DNA of 64,000 nt from an uncultured Candidatus Rokubacteria bacterium (GTDB lineage: Bacteria > Methylomirabilota > Methylomirabilia > Rokubacteriales > CSP1-6), in contig CAVWWD010000008.1 in NCBI GenBank assembly GCA_963758635.1, forward strand, positions 288,001 to 352,000, in the 5' to 3' direction. Positions within the stretch are counted from its first letter, which is position 1, and every line of letters starts with the position of its first letter. The position numbers were made by a program, and so were the translations under genes. The notes beneath the pieces were generated by a model. It saw nothing but the letters and a program-made list of their open reading frames with translations. It was not told where the DNA came from and did not search any database. Positions 55,787-64,000 of the stretch are shown here, piece by piece.

Positions 55787-56647
55787 TCAGGCCAGGACGA
55801 CGCCGGGGTCGGCCAGGTAGCTCGCGAACGAGATGCCGGTGAGCTGCTCGAAGGCTTCGATGTAGCGGGCGCGGGTGCCGGTGACGACCGGCTCGGGGAG
55901 CGCGGGGCCGGGGGCGGTCTTGTCCCAGCCGGTCTTTTCGCAGAAGTCGCGGACGAACTGCTTGTCGAACGAGGGCTGCGGCTGGCCGGGGGCGTAGCCG
56001 TCGGTGGGCCAGAAGCGCGAGGAGTCGGGGGTGAGCGCCTCGTCTCCGAGGGTCAGACGGCCGTCGGGGGCGAAGCCGAACTCGAACTTCGTGTCCGCGA
56101 TGATGATCCCGCGCTGGCGGGCGTGCGCGGCGGCGAACTCGTAGAGCGCGATCGACAGGCGCTCGACCTCCGTGGCGGTCTCGGCCCCGACGATGCGCGC
56201 CGCCTCCTCGCGCGTGATGTTCTCGTCGTGGCCGGTCTGGGCCTTGGTGGCCGGGGTGAAGATCGGGGCGGGCAGCCGGTCCGACTCCCGGAGGCCGGCG
56301 GGGAGCTGGTGGCCGCACACCTGGCCGGTGGTGCGATAGTCCTTCCATCCCGAGCCCGAGAGGTAGCCCCTCACCACGCACTCGATCGGCAGCATGCGCA
56401 GGCGCCGGCACTCGGTGGACCGCCCGTCCGGCCGGAGCGCGAGCAGGTGGTTCGGGCAGATCGCGCGCGTGCGCGCGAACCAGAAGCCGGCGAGGCCGGT
56501 GAGGACACGCCCCTTGTCCGGGATCTCCGTGGGCAGCACCACGTCGAACGTCGAGATGCGGTCGGAGGCGACCAGGAGGAGGCGCTCGTCGTCGAGGGCG
56601 TAGAGCTCCCGGACCTTGCCACTGGCCACGTGCACGGCGTCGGCCAT
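55787..56647 (-). CDS. purC: Phosphoribosylaminoimidazolesuccinocarboxamide synthase
   Basis: GKVRELY, SDRISTFD, ECVVRGYLSGS, ADTKFEFG, DEALTPDSSRFW, DKQFVRD. Confidence 0.96.
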   Translation of the reverse strand: MADAVHVASGKVRELYALDDERLLLVASDRISTFDVVLPTEIPDKGRVLTGLAGFWFARTRAICPNHLLALRPDGRSTECRRLRMLPIECVVRGYLSGSGWKDYRTTGQVCGHQLPAGLRESDRLPAPIFTPATKAQTGHDENITREEAARIVGAETATEVERLSIALYEFAAAHARQRGIIIADTKFEFGFAPDGRLTLGDEALTPDSSRFWPTDGYAPGQPQPSFDKQFVRDFCEKTGWDKTAPGPALPEPVVTGTRARYIEAFEQLTGISFASYLADPGVVLA

Positions 56648-56658
56648 GAGCGACCTCC

Positions 56659-57352
56659 TCACTTCATCGGGGAGAACGCGGTGGGGCGCAGGATCGCGGC
56701 GGCGACGTACTCCACGATCGGGCCGTTCTTTTCGCTCTCGGCGAAGACGCGGGCGCGCTCGGGATCCTTGGCGAACCCGTCGAACTTCGCCACGCGCTCG
56801 TCGAGGCTCTCCCAGGCGAGCATGTAGACCAGCTCGTGGTCGTTGCCGCCCATCCGGTTCACCCAGTAGCCGACCTGGCGGAAGCCGTGCTTCTTGAACG
56901 CCTGGCAGGTAAAGCCGCCGAAGCGGTCGACGATGTTGGTGATCTTGCCGGGGGTGGCCTGGTACTCGCGCAGCTCGAAGAGGTACGGGCTCCGCGTCGC
57001 GGCGTCGGGCCCGTAGGCCTCGCCGGCGTCGAGCTGCGAGTACGCCGTCGGCTCCATGAGCTGGTTCGAGACGCGGGCCACCAGCGGGCCGTCCTTCTCC
57101 GTCTCCGCCCACTTCTTGGCCCGCGTCGGGATCGGCCCGCCACGCGGCGTTCTTCTTCGTGCGCTCCTCGTAGCTCTCCCAGGCCCAGATGTAGACGAGC
57201 TGGTTGCTCTTCGGCGCGAGCATGGGCGTCCAGAAGCCGATCAGGCGGAAGCCGTACTCCTTCCACTTGTGCACGGTGAAGCTGCCGAAGCGGTCGAGCA
57301 GCGCGGGAAGCTTGCCGGGGACGACGTCGTAGCGGCGCAGTTCGTAGAGCAT
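56659..57352 (-). CDS. Tandem NIPSNAP domain protein (frameshift near 57125)
   Basis: Two repeats of ELR.Y...PGK...RF...G.W...LVY..AWES. Confidence 0.85.
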
Positions 57353-57458
57353 GCGGCACCTCGCTGGGGGTGGATGGCCCGGGCCACGCGTCTCACGCCC
57401 GGTGCGGTCGCGATGGTATCACCGCCGCGGCCCCGGCGGCAGCGGCCGATCGGGGACC

Positions 57459-58377
57459 CTACGGCCGCTGCGCGCCGTTGACGTGCGTGTAGACGGCGTA
57501 GAGGCTCGTGGTCCCGGTGATGAACAGCCGGTTGCGCTTGGGCCCGCCGAAGCACACGTTGGAGACGATCTCCGGCACGAGGATCTTGCCGAGGAGCTCG
57601 CCGGAGGGCGCCAGGCAGTGGATGCCGTCGTTGGCGCTCGACCAGATCCGGCCCGCGGTATCCGCACGGAAGCCGTCGTAGCGGCCGGCGTCGCACGTGG
57701 CGAACACGCGGCCACCGGTCAGGCGGTTGTCCGCGGTGACGCCGAACGCGCGCATGTGGCCGAGGCCGGCCCCGGTGTCGGCGATGTAGAGCGTCTTCTC
57801 GTCGGGCGAGAAGACCAGCCCGTTCGGCCGGTCGAAGTCGTCGGCGACCACGCGGAGGTCCCCTGTCCGCGGGTCGAGACAGAACACGAAGGCGCCGCCG
57901 TACTCCTGCTCGCCCTTCCACCCCTCGAGGTCGGAGAGGATCCCGTAGGGCGGATCGGTGAACCACACCGTGCCGTCCGACTTCACGACCACGTCGTTGG
58001 GCGAGTTGAGCCGCTTGGCCTGGTAGCGCTCGGCGAGCACGGTGATCCGCCCGTCCAGCTCGGTGCGCGTGACGCGGCGGGCCCCGTGCTCGCACGACAC
58101 GAGCCGGCCTTCCACGTCCCGCGTGTGCCCGTTGGCGTTGTGGGCCGGCTGGCGGAACACGCCGGTCGATCCCTGGAGCCCGCTCGCGTCGGGCACGAAG
58201 CGCATGATCCGGTCGTTCGGGATGTCCGAGAAGAGCAGGTAGTTGCCGTCGGCGAAGTACACCGGGCCCTCCGTCCACGCCGCCCCCGTCCAGAGCTGGA
58301 CGAGGCGCATGTTGCGGGACGACGAGCCCCCGGAAGGCGGGATCGATGATGACGTACTCGCCGAGTGTCTCGCTCAT
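57459..58377 (-). CDS. SMP-30/gluconolactonase family protein (frameshift near 58315)
   Basis: WTEGPVY, SDIP, LNSPND, FTDPPYG, PNGL.FSPDE, DG. Confidence 0.9.
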
Positions 58378-58437
58378 GTGGAAGGTCTCCTCGACAGGAT
58401 GGGCGCGGCGGGTGGCCCGGGAGCGGCGTGGCGGGCG

Positions 58438-59205
58438 CTACCGCGGCTGCATGCGGATGGCGCCGTCGAGCCGGATCGTCTCGCCGTTCAGCATCGCGTT
58501 CTCCACGATGTGGGCGGCGAGCGCGGCGTACTCCGCCGGCCGGCCGAGGCGGGAGGGGAACGGCACCTGCTTGCCGAGCGACTGCCGCACCGGCTCGGGC
58601 AGTGTGCCGAGCAGCGGCGTGTCGAAGATGCCCGGGGCGATCGTGCACACGCGCACGCCGATCTCCGCGAGGTCCCGCGCGATCGGCAGCGTCATGCCCA
58701 CGATGCCGCCCTTCGAGGCGGCGTAGGCGGCCTGGCCGATCTGCCCGTCGAACGCGGCCACCGAGGCGGTGTTGACGACCACGCCGCGCTCGCCCTCCTC
58801 GTTGGGCTGGTTCTTCGCCATGTGCGCGGCGGCGAGCCGGATCGCGTTGAAGTGGCCGATGAGGTTGACGCCGATCACGCGCGTGAAGGCGGCGAGGTCG
58901 CCGGGGCCGCGCTTGCCGAAGGTCTTCTCCGCGGTGCCGATGCCCGCGCAGTTCACGAGCACGTGGACCGCGCCGAAGCGCGCCGCCGCGGCGTCGAGCG
59001 CGCCCGCGACGTCGTCGGCGCTGGTGACGTCGGCGGGGGTGAAGACGGCACGATCGCCCAGCTCCTTGGCCACGTCGGCGCCGGGAGAGCGCGGCAGGTC
59101 GAGGAGGGCCACGCGCCCGCCGCCCGCCACGAGCCGCTCGGCGGTGGCGCGGCCGAGTCCGGAGGCGCCGCCCGTGATCACCGCGACCGAGCCCGAGATC
59201 TTCAT
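58438..59205 (-). CDS. 3-hydroxyacyl-CoA dehydrogenase type 2 (HSD17B10-like SDR)
   Basis: [46 protein letters not shown]. Confidence 0.93.
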   Translation of the reverse strand: MKISGSVAVITGGASGLGRATAERLVAGGGRVALLDLPRSPGADVAKELGDRAVFTPADVTSADDVAGALDAAAARFGAVHVLVNCAGIGTAEKTFGKRGPGDLAAFTRVIGVNLIGHFNAIRLAAAHMAKNQPNEEGERGVVVNTASVAAFDGQIGQAAYAASKGGIVGMTLPIARDLAEIGVRVCTIAPGIFDTPLLGTLPEPVRQSLGKQVPFPSRLGRPAEYAALAAHIVENAMLNGETIRLDGAIRMQPR

Positions 59206-59256
59206 GCGCGCGCCTCCTGAGCGACGGATGTTGGAGCGCGTAGTATAACAGGACCC

Positions 59257-60435
59257 ATGTCCGACCACGGGGCGACCGGCGCGCGCGCGGTGCCGAGCCG
59301 GCGAGCGGACCTCTGGGTCCGCACCCCGGAGGAGCTCGCGGCCCTCGCCGACGCCCTGCGCGGCGCCGCGCTCGTGGCGGTGGACACCGAGGCAGACAGC
59401 CTGCATCACTACCCGGGCAAGCTCTGCCTCGTGCAGATCGCCTTCGACGGCGGCCACGCGCATCTCGTGGATCCGCTCGCCGTGCCGGACCTGAGCCCGC
59501 TCGCGCCGATGTTCGCCGATCCCGCCACGGTGAAGCTCTTCCACGCCGCCGACAACGACCTCGCGTACTTCAAGCGCCTCTACGGCTTCACGGTGGCCTC
59601 GGTCTGGGACACCGCGGTGGCCGCGCGCTGTCTCGGCGCCACCGCGCTCGGCCTGGACGAGCTCGTGCGCACGTACCTCGGGGTGGAGCCGGGGAGGTCC
59701 CGGCAGAAGGACGACTGGTCGCGCCGGCCCCTCACCGCGGAGCAGGAGACGTACGCGCTCGACGACGTGCTCCACCTGCCGCCGCTCCGGGACCGGCTCC
59801 TCGAGGCGCTGCGCGCCCAGGAGCGCGAGCCATGGCACGACGAGGAGTGCGCCGCGCTCGCCGCGCTCTCCGTCGCCGACCGCGCGCCGGATCCCGACGC
59901 GTACCTGAAGCTCAAGGGCACAAAGGACCTGGACGGCCGCGGCCTCGCGGTGCTGCGCGAGATCTTCCGACTGCGCGAGCGGCTGGCCCTCGAGCAGGAC
60001 CGCCCGCCGTTCATGGTGCTGGGGCACGAGGCGCTCGTCCTGATGGCCGCGCGCCGGCCGCGCACGGAGGAGGATTTGATCGCCATCCCCGGCGTCACCG
60101 GCAAGGTGGTGCGGCGGATCGGCGCCGAGACGCTCGAGGCCATCCGTCGCGCCGAGGCGCTCCCCGAGTCGGAGCTGCCCGTCCGCCAGCGGCAGCCGCG
60201 TCCATCCATGCCCGCGGCGGTGCGCCGTCGCGCCGAGGCGCTTCGCGCGTGGCGCACCGAGGCCGCCCAGCGCCTGGGCCTGGACCCCGGCTTCCTGCTC
60301 CCGCAGCGTCTGATCGATCGGCTCGCCGCGGACGTTCCGCCGAGCGTGGAGGCGCTGGCCACGGTGGACGGGATGCGCCGCTGGCGCGCGGCCCTCTGCG
60401 GCGTCGAGGTGCTGCGCGCGCTCGCGCTGTCCTGA
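59257..60435 (+). CDS. rnd: Ribonuclease D (3'-5' exonuclease + HRDC domains)
   Basis: [24 protein letters not shown]...YALDDV; C-terminal HRDC-like repeats. Confidence 0.9.
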   Translation: MSDHGATGARAVPSRRADLWVRTPEELAALADALRGAALVAVDTEADSLHHYPGKLCLVQIAFDGGHAHLVDPLAVPDLSPLAPMFADPATVKLFHAADNDLAYFKRLYGFTVASVWDTAVAARCLGATALGLDELVRTYLGVEPGRSRQKDDWSRRPLTAEQETYALDDVLHLPPLRDRLLEALRAQEREPWHDEECAALAALSVADRAPDPDAYLKLKGTKDLDGRGLAVLREIFRLRERLALEQDRPPFMVLGHEALVLMAARRPRTEEDLIAIPGVTGKVVRRIGAETLEAIRRAEALPESELPVRQRQPRPSMPAAVRRRAEALRAWRTEAAQRLGLDPGFLLPQRLIDRLAADVPPSVEALATVDGMRRWRAALCGVEVLRALALS

Positions 60436-60576
60436 CGTCCACGACGCCGCTGCCCGCGCGCGGCGTCGTGAAGCCGGGCACAAGGACCCGCCGCGCCTGG
60501 TTGCCGAGCGGTCCGGATGGTGGTACGAGTCGAGTCACGGCGCGCAGACCGGTTCGGTCGGACAGGAGGGCGGGTC

Positions 60577-61536
60577 ATGGCCTCCAATCCCCGTTACGTG
60601 CGCGAGGGTGTCATCGCCGGCCTCATCGGGGCCGTCGTGGTCGCGGTGTGGTTCCTGATCTACGATGCGGCGCGCGGGCGCCCGCTCCGGACGCCGTCGC
60701 TCCTCGGCGCCGCCACCTTTCAGGGTCTGAGCGATCCCACCGCGGTGCCGGTGAGCGCGAGCCTCGTCGCGCAGTACACCGTCCTCCACGGCGTCGTCTT
60801 CGCGCTGGTCGGCATCCTCATCGCGTTCCTCATCGTGTCCGCGCAGCAGCAGCCGGGGCGGCTCCTGACTCTCGTGATCGTGCTTCTTTCGTTCGAGGTG
60901 TTCTTCCTCGCCGTGGTGGTGGGGCTTGCGCACCCGGTGCTCTCCGAGCTCGCGTGGTGGACGATCCTGGTCGGGAACGCGCTGGCCGCCTTCGGGATGC
61001 TCGCCTACTTCTTCATCGGCCATCGCGCGCTCGGCCGGGCCCTGCTCGGGCCGTGGACGCGCGTGGCGCGCGAGGGGCTCGTGGCCGGCCTCATCGGCGC
61101 GGCGGTGGTCGCGGTGTGGTTCCTCGTCTACGATCTGCTCGCGGGGGCGCCGCTCCGCACGCCCGCGCTGCTCGGCGCCGCGGTGCTCGAAGGGCTCCGC
61201 GATCCCGCCGGGCTCGTCATCACGCTGCCGCTGGTGCTCAAGTACACGGTGATCCACGGCGCGGCCTTCGTGATGTTCGGGTGGGCCGCGGCCGGCCTCC
61301 TCGCCCTGGCCGACCGCGAGCCGCGGCTGATCTTCGTGTTCGTCATGCTGCTCTGCTGCTTCGAGGTGTTCTTCTTCGCGCTGGTCGCCACGCTCGCCCA
61401 CTGGCTCCTCGAGACGCTGCAGTGGTGGACGATCCTGCTCGCCAACCTCCTCGCCGCGACCGGCATGCTCACCTACTTCTTCCGCCACCACCGCCTGGCC
61501 TGGCGCGAGTTCGTCTCGCTCCGCCACGAGATGTGA
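60577..61536 (+). CDS. Hypothetical membrane protein with internal duplication
   Basis: Two similar halves, each starting REG..AGLIGA.VVAVWFL.YD...PLRTP.LLGAA. Confidence 0.8.
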   Translation: MASNPRYVREGVIAGLIGAVVVAVWFLIYDAARGRPLRTPSLLGAATFQGLSDPTAVPVSASLVAQYTVLHGVVFALVGILIAFLIVSAQQQPGRLLTLVIVLLSFEVFFLAVVVGLAHPVLSELAWWTILVGNALAAFGMLAYFFIGHRALGRALLGPWTRVAREGLVAGLIGAAVVAVWFLVYDLLAGAPLRTPALLGAAVLEGLRDPAGLVITLPLVLKYTVIHGAAFVMFGWAAAGLLALADREPRLIFVFVMLLCCFEVFFFALVATLAHWLLETLQWWTILLANLLAATGMLTYFFRHHRLAWREFVSLRHEM

Positions 61537-61538
61537 GG

Positions 61539-62777
61539 CTAGCGCTTCACGAGTGGGGGGAGGCGGTGGAGGGCGATGGCCACGGCGATGGACATCACCG
61601 AGAGGGTGAGCCAGGGGCCGCGGTAGGAGTGAAGGGCCTCGAGGGCGATGCCGAAGAGCGGCGGGCCGACGAGGACGCCGCTCCAGGCGCAACTCACCGC
61701 GACACCGGTCAGGAGGCCGGCGTGGCGGGTCCCCCCCACCTCGGCAGCCAGCGCCAGGTAGAGGCCGGTCCAGCCGAACGCGCCCACGCCCGCGAGTAGC
61801 GCGATCACGACCATGGCCGGGCCAGGCAGGGCCACGCCGGTGGCGAAGACCAGGTACGCGCCCGCCCCCAGCAGCGAGTTGATGATGACCCCCGGCCGCC
61901 GCCGTCCGCCGAACAGGCGATCGCTTACCGCGCCCCAGCCGAGCCGCGCCGCGGTGCCGCCGGCCTGCGCGGTCGCGAGGAGACTGCCCGCGGCCACGAC
62001 GGAGAGGCCCAGGTGCTCGCGCGCGAACAGCACCAGGTACGAGAGCACGGCGGACTGGGCGATCGACAGCGCGAGCCCGCACGCGAGCAGCACCAGGAAC
62101 GCGGGTCGCGTCACGTAGGGGACGATCTCCACGAAGCGCGGGCCGGCCTCCGCCGGCGCGGCGCGGCGCGCGTCGGAGCGGCGGAGCCCGGCGAGCACCG
62201 CCGCGGCCGAGACGAGCGACGCGGTGGCGGCGACGGTGAGCGCGGCGCGCCAGCCGTGGGCGAGGGCGAGCGCCGGCATCGTCATCGAGGCGACGATGCC
62301 TCCGAGCGTCAGGCCGGTCTGCTTGATGCCCATCGCGAAGCCGCGCTCGCGGGCCGGGAAGTGGTCGAGGATCGCCCGGCCGGTGGTCGGGTTGATCACG
62401 GCCCAGCCGAGCCCGGCCAGCGTGCAGAGCGGCAGCATCGCGCCGAGCCCCGCGCTCCACGCGGCGAGGCCCAGCATCAGCGCGGTCAGGCACTGGCCGA
62501 GGCACAAGGTGAGGCGCGCGCCCAGCCGATCCGTGATCCAACCGGCGGGCAGCGACATGAGGACGCCCCCGAGGTAGATCGCGGGCAGGAAGTACCCCAC
62601 CTGCGCGCGCGTGAGCCCGAGGTCGTCCAGCAGCAGGGGAGACAGCGGCGCGATGGCGAGGACGGACACCGCGCCCAGCGTGTGGGCGCCGGTGACCAGC
62701 GCCAGGACGGCCCAGCGGGCGCGCGGCGAACGGGGCTCCGAGCTCGCCCGCGGGATCTCGTCAGGCGTGGATGCCAC
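61539..62777 (-). CDS. MFS transporter (start uncertain)
   Basis: About 12 TM helices; GWITDRLG, FPARERG.AMG, WG.VSDR. Confidence 0.9.
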   Translation of the reverse strand: MASTPDEIPRASSEPRSPRARWAVLALVTGAHTLGAVSVLAIAPLSPLLLDDLGLTRAQVGYFLPAIYLGGVLMSLPAGWITDRLGARLTLCLGQCLTALMLGLAAWSAGLGAMLPLCTLAGLGWAVINPTTGRAILDHFPARERGFAMGIKQTGLTLGGIVASMTMPALALAHGWRAALTVAATASLVSAAAVLAGLRRSDARRAAPAEAGPRFVEIVPYVTRPAFLVLLACGLALSIAQSAVLSYLVLFAREHLGLSVVAAGSLLATAQAGGTAARLGWGAVSDRLFGGRRRPGVIINSLLGAGAYLVFATGVALPGPAMVVIALLAGVGAFGWTGLYLALAAEVGGTRHAGLLTGVAVSCAWSGVLVGPPLFGIALEALHSYRGPWLTLSVMSIAVAIALHRLPPLVKR

Positions 62778-62925
62778 CGAGTCCCGCACGAAGCACGTCG
62801 CACCCTCCCCGGCGGCGCGAGGTCGCCGTATTTCTCGGGCCATTAGACCACTTCCCGCTTGATTCAACGTGCACGATTGATTAGTCTGCGCGCGCGAGCC
62901 TCTCTCCTATCGGAAGGTCGGGATC

Positions 62926-63390
62926 ATGAGCGAGTGGCAGCCGCTACCAGCCGGAACGGTCCTGCGGGAACGCTACGAGGTCGAGGCCTTGCTCGGCAAG
63001 GGCGGCTTCGGCGCCGCGTACCGGGCCCGGGACCGCGAGCGATTCGACCAGCCCTGCGCGCTCAAGGAGCTGCTGCCGGCCAAGGCCGAGAACCCAAAGG
63101 TCCTCGAGCTGTTCGAGCGCGAGGCGCGCGTCCTGCTCGCCATCCGCCATCCCGGTATCCCGTCGCTCCACGCCTACTTCGCCGACGCCGGCCGCTATTA
63201 CCTGATGCAGGACTACGTGCCCGGATCGACGCTCGCCCAGATCGTCGAGCAGCGTGGCGCGCTCCTCGAGGCCGAGGTGGTCCAGGTCGTGCGCGACGCC
63301 CTCACGATCCTCCAGTACCTGCACGGGCGCACGCCCGCGGTGATCCTGGGCGGCGGAGACCCGGTGCGCGCGGTGCCACGATCTGGGTGA
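62926..63390 (+). pseudogene. Truncated Hanks-type Ser/Thr protein kinase
   Basis: LGKGGFG, ALKE, FEREA, HPGIP, L.YLH; ends at PAVI before HRD, with no DFG or APE. Confidence 0.8.
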
Positions 63391-63405
63391 GGTGAGGAGG
63401 AGCCG

Positions 63406-64000
63406 ATGACCGTCGTGCTGCAGGTGATCCAGGGCGATCAGCCGGCGCCCGCGCGCGACTTCGAGACCGAGATCGTCCGCATCGGCCGGGACCCGTCCAA
63501 CGACCTGGTGCTGGGCGAGACGGGATCGGGCGGCGTGTCGCGCCACCACGCCGAGCTCCGCTACGCCGGGGGCGAGTGGCGGGTTGTCGACCTGAACAGC
63601 TCCAACGGCACGTTCGTGCGCGGCCGCCGCGTGACCGAGGCGCCGCTGAGCGACGGGGACGAGGTTCAGTTCGCGCCGCAGGGACCGCGGGTGAAGGTGT
63701 CGCTGCCCACGTCGCTGGGGGCGGGGACGACCGGCGCGGAGAGCGGGAGTCATCCGGCCGCCGCGGCGACGCCGTCGGGCGCGGCCTCGATGTCGGGCGC
63801 GACGCCGGCGCGGTCCGAGGCGCCGCGGTCGGAGCCCTTCTGGTTCGATCCACCGGCCCCCGCCACCACGGGAATGCCGACGGACAGCGAGCTCCTGCCG
63901 CTCCGCATGGGCCTGGACCCCATCTCCTCGCGCGGCTACCTCGTGCCCGGTCTCATCACCGTCGGCACCATCTCGGCCCTCCTGTGGGCGTTCCAGTCCG
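63406..64000 (+). CDS. FHA domain protein with downstream TM segment (3' end outside window; possibly FHA-PrsW type)
   Basis: IGRD, VSRHHA, DLNSSNGTFV; Pro/Ala linker; YLVPGLITVG start of a TM region. Confidence 0.85.
   Translation, partial: MTVVLQVIQGDQPAPARDFETEIVRIGRDPSNDLVLGETGSGGVSRHHAELRYAGGEWRVVDLNSSNGTFVRGRRVTEAPLSDGDEVQFAPQGPRVKVSLPTSLGAGTTGAESGSHPAAAATPSGAASMSGATPARSEAPRSEPFWFDPPAPATTGMPTDSELLPLRMGLDPISSRGYLVPGLITVGTISALLWAFQS

Overview
Very GC-rich bacterial chromosomal DNA, densely coding (about 55 genes), with no rRNA, tRNA, CRISPR array, transposase or integrase that I could recognise. Gene style is consistent with Candidatus Rokubacteria (phylum Methylomirabilota), but this is inference only. 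Contents: catabolic and redox enzymes (thiolase-like + DUF35 pair, several SDRs, GMC and FAD oxidases, enoyl-CoA hydratases, acyl-CoA synthetase), a carbohydrate-type ABC operon, divergent ku/ligD, a MoxR-DUF58 operon, fbp-fbaB, alpha-2-macroglobulin-pbpC, ettA, purC, rnd, and the start of a kinase/FHA locus. Many genes carry single-base frameshifts, probably consensus errors. Most interesting observations: (1) an ArsC/Spx-like selenoprotein missed by the ORF track (in-frame UGA in UxxC plus a SECIS-like hairpin, 40636-40983); (2) a three-gene lipid-modification operon in which a cyclopropane-fatty-acid-synthase-like methyltransferase is split in two around a geranylgeranyl-reductase-like gene, a candidate methyl-branched fatty acid pathway; (3) three families of interspersed MITE/REP-like repeats, including a near-perfect inverted pair flanking a small cargo; (4) a Ser/Thr kinase cut off just before its HRD motif and joined to a hidden CxxCH-containing gene tail; (5) several apparently leaderless genes.
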